Position numbers and translations under genes: made by a program. The notes under the pieces were generated by a model that worked only from the letters and a program-made list of their open reading frames with translations, was not told the origin of the DNA and searched no databases. Below are positions 27,845 to 36,129 of a stretch of 64,000 nucleotides of DNA, in pieces. The stretch is from assembly GCA_964360815.1 (NCBI GenBank), contig CAYHYA010000002.1, positions 1,371-65,370 of the forward strand, in the 5' to 3' direction. Source of the stretch: an uncultured Candidatus Saccharibacteria bacterium. Lineage in GTDB: Bacteria > Patescibacteriota > Minisyncoccia > Phycocordibacterales > JACOZG01. Position 1 is the stretch's first letter; every line of letters begins with the position of its first letter.

Positions 27845-28438
27845 CTAAACTCGGCTATAAAAATCCATGATGGCATCGAAATTCAAATTAACTTCAGCTT
27901 CGCCCATTGTCGCCAGGGCTTTGATCATGCCCTCGCCGGTTCCGGTGATGTTCACCCAGGTCGGTGATTGGTAATCCTTCAAACGTTCGGCCAAATTTCG
28001 AAAAGGACCTTTTTCCCGACTGCCGGAGCGAATACTAATTCGATCGCCAACTTGCACGGCGTAAGATGGAATGTTCACCCGACGATCATTAACCATAATG
28101 TGGCCGTGCGTGAGGGCTTGCCGTGCCGCCGCGCGAGACGGGGCGAAACCCAAACGAAAGATGACGTTGTCCAAACGTGACTCTAGGGCTCGATACAAAT
28201 TTTCTCTGACTCGGCTCTTTTTTACATACAAGGAAAACTGCCTCTCGTTGATGCCGTAAGTGTAACGGGCTTTCTGTTTCTCGCGTAGTTGACTGCTATA
28301 TTCGGAGCTGTTTCGACGGGGTTGATTGGAGTTCGGACGGTTTTGACTGCCGGAAATACTAAACTTGGTAGTTTGACACTTAGGAAAAACTTGCTCACCT
28401 AGGCGCCGACAGATCTTATATTTTGGGCCAATTTTCAT
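27845..28438 (-). CDS. rpsD: 30S ribosomal protein S4
   Basis: MKIGPKYKICRRLGEQVF...RLDNVIFRLGFAPSRAAARQALTHGHIMVNDRRVNIPSY is uS4 with its S4 RNA-binding domain. Confidence 0.92.
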   Translation of the reverse strand: MKIGPKYKICRRLGEQVFPKCQTTKFSISGSQNRPNSNQPRRNSSEYSSQLREKQKARYTYGINERQFSLYVKKSRVRENLYRALESRLDNVIFRLGFAPSRAAARQALTHGHIMVNDRRVNIPSYAVQVGDRISIRSGSREKGPFRNLAERLKDYQSPTWVNITGTGEGMIKALATMGEAEVNLNFDAIMDFYSRV

Positions 28439-28470
28439 GTTTAATACTTTTTTGTTCTGGTTGATTAAAA

Positions 28471-28896
28471 CTAAACTCGGCGCGGTTTGCGCGGTTTGGG
28501 ACCATTAAACGGAATCGGGGTGGCGTCTTTGATGGAATTCAAGTTAATCCCCTTAGCGGCGAAAGCCCTTAAGGCCGCTTCGCGGCCAGCCCCGACCCCC
28601 TTAATAATAATATCCACTTCTTTGATCCCGAGGTCAAGGGCCTGATCGGCCAAGCGCTCCCCCACCTTGCCGGCGGCAAAAGTTGTCCCCTTTTTTGCTC
28701 CAGAGAAGCCGAGTGCGCCGCTCGATGTCCAAAGAACCAAGTTTCCTTCGCCATCGTGTAGAGCAAGTTTGGTGTTGTTGTAGGTGGCCTGGATATGGAG
28801 CAATCCGTGAGTGAGTTTGCGCTTCGCCGCCGCTCGACCACCAGCCGTTGGCGTGATGGTGGTACCCGATTGAGCGACGATTCGTTTTTTCCCCAT
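28471..28896 (-). CDS. rpsK: 30S ribosomal protein S11
   Basis: GLLHIQATYNNTKLALHD...GFSGAKKGTTFAA...KGVGAGREAALRA is canonical uS11. Confidence 0.92.
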   Translation of the reverse strand: MGKKRIVAQSGTTITPTAGGRAAAKRKLTHGLLHIQATYNNTKLALHDGEGNLVLWTSSGALGFSGAKKGTTFAAGKVGERLADQALDLGIKEVDIIIKGVGAGREAALRAFAAKGINLNSIKDATPIPFNGPKPRKPRRV

Positions 28897-28920
28897 GTTC
28901 GATTAATTAAGTACACTAAC

Positions 28921-29301
28921 TTATTTCTTCTCCAGTTTTTTTCGTCCCGAGCCCATGGTTTTTCGAACATTGCCGCGCCGGGTTCGCGAATTGGTTTTAG
29001 TCCGCTGACCGCGAACCGGTAAATGTCGCGCGTGACGTTGGCCGCGATAAGATTTAATGTCAACCAGCCGTTTAATGTTTGAAGAAATTTCCCGTTTGAG
29101 GGCCCCTTCAATTTTTTGTTCTTCGACCAATTTCCTAATTCGATTTTCTTCCTCGGTGTTTAGTTTGGCCGAACTGATCCCGAAATCAACCTTGGCCGCC
29201 GTGAGAATGGTTTGCGCCCGGCGCCGACCAACGCCGTAAATCGCCGTCAGGGCAATTTCGAGACGTTTGTTTTCGGGCAAAGTGACGCCGGCAATTCTCA
29301 T
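28921..29301 (-). CDS. rpsM: 30S ribosomal protein S13
   Basis: MRIAGVTLPENKRLEIALTAIYGVGRRRAQ...YRGQRHARHLPVRGQRTKTNSRTRRG is canonical uS13. Confidence 0.92.
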   Translation of the reverse strand: MRIAGVTLPENKRLEIALTAIYGVGRRRAQTILTAAKVDFGISSAKLNTEEENRIRKLVEEQKIEGALKREISSNIKRLVDIKSYRGQRHARHLPVRGQRTKTNSRTRRGNVRKTMGSGRKKLEKK

Positions 29302-29310
29302 GGAATAAAA

Positions 29311-29427
29311 TTAGGCCTGCTTCTGCTTGTGCCGAGGTTTACTTCGGCACACCACATAAAGATGGCCACGACGTCGAACCATCTGGCATTTAGCGCAACG
29401 TTTTTTAATTGTTGATTGAACATGCAT
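29311..29427 (-). CDS. rpmJ: 50S ribosomal protein L36 (not in supplied ORF track, found by manual translation)
   Basis: Reverse translation gives MHVQSTIKKRCAKCQMVRRRGHLYVVCRSKPRHKQKQA (38 aa) with the C-x2-C-x12-C-x4-H zinc ribbon of bL36, sited between infA and rpsM as in the conserved operon. Confidence 0.88.
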   Translation of the reverse strand: MHVQSTIKKRCAKCQMVRRRGHLYVVCRSKPRHKQKQA

Positions 29428-29457
29428 TTAAATATAAATAAAAAATTGTTTTATGGT

Positions 29458-29691
29458 TTATAGTCTTTTGATGATTCGGGCGCGCCCACCGTAGGGGTCA
29501 AGCCAGAGTTCGACTCGATCACCAACCAAAACCTTAATTCGATGCCAACGCATTTTACCAGCCAAATAAGCTAAAATTTCTTGACCGGTTCCCTCTAAAG
29601 AAACACGAAATAAAACGTTAGGCAAGGCCTCAATGACCACGCCGATCACTGGCTCATTCGTCTTTTGCTCGGTCGCCTCAATCGCTTTCAA
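29458..29691 (-). CDS. infA: Translation initiation factor IF-1
   Basis: [62 protein letters not shown] is the S1-like OB fold of IF-1. Confidence 0.9.
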   Translation of the reverse strand: MKAIEATEQKTNEPVIGVVIEALPNVLFRVSLEGTGQEILAYLAGKMRWHRIKVLVGDRVELWLDPYGGRARIIKRL

Positions 29692-29724
29692 TTTGCCTGT
29701 GTTTTTATCCTAACAAACATTGCT

Positions 29725-30975
29725 TCACCGGTCAACCGCCTTAACTATCTCGACCTCGATTCGATCAAGGGCGCGAGGAAAACGATTAATCCACGGTGGT
29801 CGAAAGTTAATTTCGGCGCTCGCGATACTGGGATAGTCAATTAAAACTTTTTGATAATCAACGCTTTTTATACCGCCCAACGAGCGCTTCAGTTCTAATG
29901 GATCAAACTGCCAAACTAATTTGGCCTGACCGTTCAACTTAAAACTGACTTCGCTCGCGGCCGCAGGGTCAAAATTAGCGCGGTCGGTAATTATAAATTC
30001 TAATTCAGCAAAGTTAACCACTAACGCTTCTTCAGATTCCTTGAAGTCGGTTACGTGGTTTTCGGCCAACCGCTGACTTAATTCACGCTCGGGAAAAATC
30101 AAGGTGGTCAATTCGCCCTCAACGGTGAAGACGAGTTCATTCGACGTTTGGTTGTCGTCGGTGTGACTTTTAAACCTAAAAAATCCGGTTTCGGGATAAG
30201 TAACCAATCCGGCCGGCAGGCCAGCGCGCGCCTCGTCAATTAATTTAGTGGTTAATTGGTCTGTCAAAGTTTTTTCGGTTTCGGCGCGGACTTCGGCCGA
30301 AACTTCCAACCGTTCACCGATGAAGCCGCCAGTCATCGCGGTTTTCCCTCGCGCGGTGATTTTCCCGGCGCGAGGATCATTTTTGAAACCGGGAATGGTC
30401 AATTCAGCGAGTTCACCGTTGTAGTCGGGGCCGGGTTGATCAGCAAAAACCATTGCATTGATCTCGCCCGGAGTAATTTTTCCGCCAGTAGAAACGTAGC
30501 CGGGCACGGACAAGTCATCCTTGATTCGGTAGATCTTCCCCGCCGCCGTCTGAAAACGCGTGTTGGCCACTAACCGTTGCGCTTGAGAACTATAACGATT
30601 AGTGACAATGATTTGACCGCTGGCGCGATCGGAAACTGATTTCTTTTCCGCACCAACGATCGTTTTCTCGGTCGTCGCGCGAATCGTCATTGTTTCAAAA
30701 GGCATTTTCAAGCTATCGTCAACGCTCAAAACCAGCTGTTTGGGCGTAACCTTAATAACGGCCGTGGCCAGTGCTTGAGAAGCAAAATAGGCAACCGGTA
30801 AAGCAATCAAAATTAAAACAATTACCACTCCACCAACCACTCGAGACCGGCGACGGCGCGGTTTGACGTTTGGATCAAGCGGATCATCGGAGATTTTGGT
30901 TTCTGGTGCTTTGGGTAAAACATCAGACAGTCGCCGTTTTGGTTGTTTGATATCTTGAATCAATTCTTTGTTCAT
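29725..30975 (-). CDS. Hypothetical bitopic membrane protein (basic cytoplasmic N-terminus, one TM, about 350-aa extracytoplasmic domain); possible PilN/PilO-like partner of upstream ATPase
   Basis: Topology inferred from KPRRRRSRVVGGVVIVLILIALPVAYF. No recognizable catalytic motifs. 4-nt overlap with upstream ASKHA gene suggests co-translation. Confidence 0.35.
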   Translation of the reverse strand: MNKELIQDIKQPKRRLSDVLPKAPETKISDDPLDPNVKPRRRRSRVVGGVVIVLILIALPVAYFASQALATAVIKVTPKQLVLSVDDSLKMPFETMTIRATTEKTIVGAEKKSVSDRASGQIIVTNRYSSQAQRLVANTRFQTAAGKIYRIKDDLSVPGYVSTGGKITPGEINAMVFADQPGPDYNGELAELTIPGFKNDPRAGKITARGKTAMTGGFIGERLEVSAEVRAETEKTLTDQLTTKLIDEARAGLPAGLVTYPETGFFRFKSHTDDNQTSNELVFTVEGELTTLIFPERELSQRLAENHVTDFKESEEALVVNFAELEFIITDRANFDPAAASEVSFKLNGQAKLVWQFDPLELKRSLGGIKSVDYQKVLIDYPSIASAEINFRPPWINRFPRALDRIEVEIVKAVDR

Positions 30976-32114
30976 AACGACATTAATCTATCATGGAAAA
31001 TATTCTCGAGCAACAAATGGGAATCTGTGGTTAAACTAATCTTTCGTTCGGCACAAGGATCTTTCAAAATCTCGTTATTCAAGAGAGAGGTTTTGAACGC
31101 TCTTTGGGCGATGAGGAGGTCGTCGTAGGAAGTTTGTTTAATCCAGTCGAGAAGAATTGACAAAATTAAGGGATCACCAACGGCCCAAAGTTGACTTGAT
31201 CCGAAGTGTGACTCCGACAGAGCCACGAGGGCTTGCTTGAAAGCGGCCAACCACTCACGACGACATTCGGTTAACGCGTCGTTAATTCGTTCGGTGGTCA
31301 ACTTATTGTGGCCGCCGCGTTGGTAAATTTTTAACGCCGAGATGACCTCTTCCGGCACAGTTTTAAGTTCGATGGCCAGACGACGCAACAAAAAATTACG
31401 CCCGAACGGAAAAGAAACTGTTTCCCATAAAACCTCGTTGGCAACGAGTGACAGCTCGGTCACTTCCCCGCCAACATCAAGCAGTAGGGCACTGTGTTGA
31501 TTTAACAAATCACGACTGATTGTGAAAAAAACAAACGGAAAAGAATGAAAAACGAGTGTTCGGCCAGACAAATACGGGGTAAATGTTTCGCGCAGGCGGT
31601 TTAAAACGCGCTCCGTCCCAACGCTAGCATAGTGGCTGATCTCAATTTCGGTGGCGTGTTGGCCGTATGGTGCGTTGGTCACATAGCGATTGAGTTTGAT
31701 CTGCATTACTTTGTGCTCAATCAATTCGTGGTCGGCGGTTTTAAAATTTCTTAAATCTTGGTTGATTAAATCGGCCACTAAACGCCGACTGACCACGATC
31801 GGCGTGTCTCTCGTTTGCTTGATGATACGAGTTTGCGAGGCATAAAATGGCGCCGACAAGAAACAGGTTATTTCGGCTGGCCGCTCGCGCGCGGAAGAAA
31901 CCAAGTCATCAAGAACCTGCTTGGTCGCCGTGTTCAAGTCAGCCAGAAGCCGTTCCGGATTTAATTCCGACTGAAACGGCAGATCGCGCCGACTTAATTT
32001 TAACAACTGCGAACAGTAAGTTTTTGGTTTTGAACTTGCTGGCGGCGTGAGCAAGGCGCCGCCCACACTATCGCTTCGCACATCAATTATTGCTACTGGT
32101 CCCGATTTACGCAT
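30972..32114 (-). CDS. Actin-like (ASKHA) ATPase, FtsA/PilM-like
   Basis: Phosphate-1 VAIIDVRSDSVGGALL and phosphate-2 LLLDVGGEVTELSLV motifs with spacing typical of FtsA/PilM/Ppx-type ASKHA proteins. Confidence 0.45.
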   Translation of the reverse strand: MRKSGPVAIIDVRSDSVGGALLTPPASSKPKTYCSQLLKLSRRDLPFQSELNPERLLADLNTATKQVLDDLVSSARERPAEITCFLSAPFYASQTRIIKQTRDTPIVVSRRLVADLINQDLRNFKTADHELIEHKVMQIKLNRYVTNAPYGQHATEIEISHYASVGTERVLNRLRETFTPYLSGRTLVFHSFPFVFFTISRDLLNQHSALLLDVGGEVTELSLVANEVLWETVSFPFGRNFLLRRLAIELKTVPEEVISALKIYQRGGHNKLTTERINDALTECRREWLAAFKQALVALSESHFGSSQLWAVGDPLILSILLDWIKQTSYDDLLIAQRAFKTSLLNNEILKDPCAERKISLTTDSHLLLENIFHDRLMSL

Positions 32115-32125
32115 CGCTTTTTATT

Positions 32126-32165
32126 ATAGCAAAAACCCACCGGCGAAGTATAACTTCGTGGTGGG
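32126..32165 (-). terminator. Rho-independent terminator (minus strand)
   Basis: Long hairpin cccaccggcgaagt-ata-acttcgtggtggg followed on the minus strand by UUUUU. The next gene's ATG is preceded by TATAAT 8 nt upstream. Confidence 0.55.
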
Positions 32166-32184
32166 TTGTGTTGTACTCCGTAAT

Positions 32185-32688
32185 CTAATCATGGTGCGCG
32201 GGTGACGGAAAAGGTTCAAAGAACCATTTTTCGGCTGGCCTGTCGCCGTTATATCGAGTGATCAAATAAGGAGAGGTGGTTGGAAAATCGGATTCGTTTT
32301 TCGTTTGCCAAAGACCGATTTCATTTCCGTCCAAATCAGACAAGAGACAGAGTTTCCTGTCAGCAACCTGCCCACAACCGTTAACCTTGACGACGGTATT
32401 CTCACCCAGAAGTTCTACCTTGTTTAGCTGTATGGCTTGGCCGTCCTTGGACTCAACAAAGGGTTGATACATCAACCAGAAAAAAAGTAAGCCCATCGAC
32501 AGGAAAACGACTCCGATAATAAAACATGGCCCGAAAGAACGATCTATTAGTCTGTCTAAAAGATCTATTCTTACTTCCTCTTGCTTGTCCGCTTTTTTTA
32601 ATCGGGCCACAACAGGATAAAAACAAAACAACGCCAGTAAAACAGACACGATTGCCAGAAGCAGACACCAAACATTAATCGTTTCCAC
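32185..32688 (-). CDS. Hypothetical membrane protein (2 TM)
   Basis: Hydropathy only; no recognizable motif. Confidence 0.35.
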   Translation of the reverse strand: METINVWCLLLAIVSVLLALFCFYPVVARLKKADKQEEVRIDLLDRLIDRSFGPCFIIGVVFLSMGLLFFWLMYQPFVESKDGQAIQLNKVELLGENTVVKVNGCGQVADRKLCLLSDLDGNEIGLWQTKNESDFPTTSPYLITRYNGDRPAEKWFFEPFPSPAHHD

Positions 32689-32759
32689 ACGATCCTCCTT
32701 TTTTAAAGTACCGTTTCCACACTAAACACTCCAATCTACAGCTAGCACATGATGGTTAT

Positions 32760-34379
32760 TTAGTCAAGCATGGCTTTAATTCGACGAATTCCTTGGGCCA
32801 CGGCTTCGTCTTTAAGAATTTTAAAACGCCCGAGTTCACCAGTGCGGGTGGCATGCGGCCCACCGCAAAATTCTTGGCTAAAAATATTCCCAGCGTGATC
32901 TTGAATAAAATAAACCGAAACAATCTCGCCGTATTTTTGTCCAAACTCCCTTTCGGCGCCCAGTTTCTCGGCTTCGGCTTTCGGCATTTCTCGTTTAACC
33001 ACCGTCAAGTTTTCTTGGATTTTCTGATTAACCAGCGCTTCAACTTTTTGGCGTTCATCGTCCGTTAGTTTACGCGAAAAAGAAAAATCTAATCGCAAAC
33101 GTTCTTGGTTAATATTTGATCCGCGCTGTTTAATTTCTTTGCCGAGAATTTGTTGCAGGGCGGCGAGAAGCAGATGGTGAGCGGTATGCAGTTTGATCGT
33201 TTGCGGTTCGTGGTCGGCTAAACCGCCGGCGAATTTCTGCTCCGTCCCCACCCGTGACACTTCTTGATGCCGTGCGAATTCTCGGTCAAACTCGGTTCGT
33301 TGCAGGTTTGGATAACGGTCTTTCATCACCTCAAACGGCAGACCGTATGTTTCGTAAAGCTTGAACGCCGTTCGCTCGTCTGGTGGCCCAACTTTTTCCA
33401 GTTCCTTAAGGCCGAGTTTGAGCGCCGCGCCAAACTGTTTGTTTTCCAATTCAACGATCCCGAAAATGTTTGTCTCGTGGAGTTCTGGATAACGCTCGTC
33501 GTATTTGGCAATCATCCAGTCGGTGGTTGATTTTAATTTCTCTAAATTAAATTTTACCAACAAGCGCCGAAGCAGTCGGCGCAAAATGTATCCGGCCCCC
33601 TTACTGTCTGGCCGGACGCCCTCGGCGATGAGGAAAGTGATCGCCCGCGCGTGGTCAGCGAGCACGCGCTCGTGGCCAAATTCTCCAAAGAGATCCGTAT
33701 CAAAAACATTTTTTTTACCTTGCACCACCATCGTCAATCGCTCAAGCCCCATACCGGTATCCACGCCGGGCGTTGCCAGTTTGGTTAATACTCCTTCTGC
33801 CGAAGAATAATATTCGTTGAAAACCAAATTCCAAATCTCGATTCCCTGAACATAAATTTCCGTTGTGGGACCGCATGGCCCGGAGGCGCCAGTTGGACCC
33901 CAAAAGTTATCGGCGCGGCCACATTCGCGGATATCTTTAATGCCAAGTTGTTGCCAAAATTTTCTTGATTCTTCGTCTTGGGCAACGCGATCATCGCCGC
34001 CAAAAATAGTGACATAATCAATTCTTAATCCCAGTTCTTGCGTGATGAATTCGTGGGCCAAAGCAATTGCCCGATCTTTAAAATAACCACCAAAAGAGAA
34101 GTTCCCGAGCATTTCAAAAAAAGTCAGATGGCGTTCGTCACCGATCTCATCAATGTCGGAGGTGCGGAAACATTTCTGAAGCGAGGTTAAATTCCGCGTG
34201 CCAAAATCCCGCTCGGCCGCTTCGGGTTGGAGATAATAATCTTTGAACGGCTGCATCCCGGCGGTGGTTAAAAGCACGGATGGGTCGCTCGGAATAAGGG
34301 ATGAGGACGGCACAATTTTGTGCTCGTGGACGGCAAAAAACTGGAGAAACTTAACCCTAATTTCTTCGCTCGTCAGCAT
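32760..34379 (-). CDS. alaS: Alanyl-tRNA synthetase, compact form (catalytic, tRNA-recognition and editing HxxxH/CxxxH regions; no C-Ala domain)
   Basis: MLTSEEIRVKFLQFFAVHEHKIVPSSSLIPSDPSVLLTTAGMQPF canonical AlaRS N-terminus. Later HTAHHLLLAAL and CGGPHATRTGELG editing-site motifs. Start set at the internal ATG matching the canonical N-terminus; the ORF-track start at 34565 adds a non-homologous extension. Confidence 0.85.
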   Translation of the reverse strand: MLTSEEIRVKFLQFFAVHEHKIVPSSSLIPSDPSVLLTTAGMQPFKDYYLQPEAAERDFGTRNLTSLQKCFRTSDIDEIGDERHLTFFEMLGNFSFGGYFKDRAIALAHEFITQELGLRIDYVTIFGGDDRVAQDEESRKFWQQLGIKDIRECGRADNFWGPTGASGPCGPTTEIYVQGIEIWNLVFNEYYSSAEGVLTKLATPGVDTGMGLERLTMVVQGKKNVFDTDLFGEFGHERVLADHARAITFLIAEGVRPDSKGAGYILRRLLRRLLVKFNLEKLKSTTDWMIAKYDERYPELHETNIFGIVELENKQFGAALKLGLKELEKVGPPDERTAFKLYETYGLPFEVMKDRYPNLQRTEFDREFARHQEVSRVGTEQKFAGGLADHEPQTIKLHTAHHLLLAALQQILGKEIKQRGSNINQERLRLDFSFSRKLTDDERQKVEALVNQKIQENLTVVKREMPKAEAEKLGAEREFGQKYGEIVSVYFIQDHAGNIFSQEFCGGPHATRTGELGRFKILKDEAVAQGIRRIKAMLD

Positions 34380-34465
34380 TCGAGAATCGTAACACGAAAT
34401 CCCGCCCAAAGAAAAAGCCCACGGATAACCGTGGGGCTTTGTTTGACCCGATGTTTTCTTGGTTT

Positions 34466-35014
34466 CTAACCCTCTGGTCCGTCTCGTTGACCAAGGAATC
34501 TCTCCACCAGGGGACATTTTGGAGCGAGGTATGATGTTGGGTTGTGAGGAAGGTTCTCGTTCCACGTTTTTGAAGTGATGTCTAAAAGCTCAACCGTTCT
34601 ACCAACCATCAAACTGCAAAATTCGTGAAAGAACAGGTGGCCTTCCCTCGGGACAACCAGAGTTTTTGTCTCTGCGTGCTGGTCAGTTTCTACCTCCAGA
34701 AGTCCGTGAACTTCCGTGGACTTTTTTACTTCCGTAATATCAATGGTGATCCCCGACAGTTCGACCAAGACTTTTTCCACCAACCAGGTCTTCCCGGAAA
34801 TCCTCATGGCTTCATCGTGAGCCGCGGGGTCATCGGGACAATCAGAAACAGCGTGCTGAACCAGATCTTTTGGTGCTATAAAACAAAAGACTGGAACAAG
34901 AACAATCACAGAAAAAAACAAACCGACCAAAATAATTTCCCAAATCGATCTTTTCACAACAAATTCTCCTTTCAAGAAGACGGTCTCGAGTTTCTCAAGG
35001 TTCACACGAACCAA
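34466..35014 (-). CDS. Hypothetical membrane protein
   Basis: N-terminal TM (IWEIILVGLFFSVIVLVPVFCFIA). No recognizable domain. Confidence 0.35.
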   Translation of the reverse strand: MVRVNLEKLETVFLKGEFVVKRSIWEIILVGLFFSVIVLVPVFCFIAPKDLVQHAVSDCPDDPAAHDEAMRISGKTWLVEKVLVELSGITIDITEVKKSTEVHGLLEVETDQHAETKTLVVPREGHLFFHEFCSLMVGRTVELLDITSKTWNENLPHNPTSYLAPKCPLVERFLGQRDGPEG

Positions 35015-35069
35015 CTTTCTAAAACCTAAACCTAAATGTTGCCGATGTCAATTTTTTCTTATTTTTGAT

Positions 35070-36125
35070 TTATAAAATCACTCCCCCACCAAGACAAGTT
35101 TCGCCATCATAAATAACGCCCGATTGGCCGGGCGCGACGATTTGCCCGGACTTAAAAACGACTTTTATTTGATTCGTCCCCGTTGATTCTAGTTGGCATG
35201 GGATGACCGGCGCGCGATAACGTATCCGCGCTTGATAGGTTTGATTAAAATTTGGCGGCTGACCGGCTAACCAGTTTACTTGGGTTAAAACGAGCTCACT
35301 TTTACCCAGTTCTTCGGATCGTTTCGCTGGGGCGATAGTTAAAGTGTTGCGTTCGTGGTCTTTGGCCACAACATACTGCGGTGAATCGGTGTGGCTTGGG
35401 CGAGTTAACTTAAAACCATGACGTTCGCCAATCGTGTAGAAGTGACTGCCGTCGTGTTCGCCGACCACTTCTCCGGTCTCGTTTAAAACTACACCATTAA
35501 TCTGGGGCAAGTGTTGACGAAGAAAATCTTTGAAATCAATCGGTCCCACAAAACACAAACCCTGGCTATCTGGCTTGCTCGCATTGGGCAACCCGAACCG
35601 TTTGGCCAGTTGCCGCACTTCCGATTTTTGATAATCACCAATTGGAAAAAGGCAGCGATCCAAAACAGCGGGGGTGAGCGTCCAGAGAAAATAACTCTGA
35701 TCTTTGTCTTGGTCTTTGGCCACCAGCAGAGTTTGGCCGCGGCGACGAACGTAGTGGCCGGTGGCCACGAAATCAGCTCCGGTACTGATGGCTCGGCGGA
35801 AAAACTCGCCAAATTTAATTTGCTGATTACACATGACATCCGGATTCGGCGTCCGACCCAAACGATACTCGTTAATTAAATAATCCAAAACCGTTCGGCG
35901 GTACGCCTCCGACAAATCATAAGTCAACAACGGGCAGCCAAGTTTCGCCGCCACGCGGATGGCCTCCCGCCGCTCTTCCCGCCAAGCACAATTTTCCAAG
36001 CCGCCCAAACCGAGATCGGAAATTTTAATGAACCCACCGATCACTTCATACCCCGCCTTCTTCAATAGAGCGGCCGCCACGGCCGAATCAACCCCGCCCG
36101 ACAAGCCAACAAAAACCTTTTTCAT
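35070..36125 (-). CDS. mnmA: tRNA-specific 2-thiouridylase MnmA
   Basis: PP-loop VGLSGGVDSAV, RTPNPDVMCNQQIKF catalytic Cys region, C-terminal beta-barrel; 351 aa. Confidence 0.88.
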   Translation of the reverse strand: MKKVFVGLSGGVDSAVAAALLKKAGYEVIGGFIKISDLGLGGLENCAWREERREAIRVAAKLGCPLLTYDLSEAYRRTVLDYLINEYRLGRTPNPDVMCNQQIKFGEFFRRAISTGADFVATGHYVRRRGQTLLVAKDQDKDQSYFLWTLTPAVLDRCLFPIGDYQKSEVRQLAKRFGLPNASKPDSQGLCFVGPIDFKDFLRQHLPQINGVVLNETGEVVGEHDGSHFYTIGERHGFKLTRPSHTDSPQYVVAKDHERNTLTIAPAKRSEELGKSELVLTQVNWLAGQPPNFNQTYQARIRYRAPVIPCQLESTGTNQIKVVFKSGQIVAPGQSGVIYDGETCLGGGVIL

Positions 36126-36129
36126 ATAT

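Noticed and set aside
34380-34565. N-terminal 62-aa extension of the alaS ORF
   Set aside because: The extension (MEREPSSQPNIIPRSKMSPGG...) has no homology to AlaRS, while the internal Met reproduces the canonical AlaRS N-terminus exactly. The longer ORF is most likely a frame artifact overlapping the upstream gene's 3' end.
35489-35879. Two overlapping ORFs inside mnmA
   Set aside because: Shadow ORFs of a high-confidence conserved enzyme gene.
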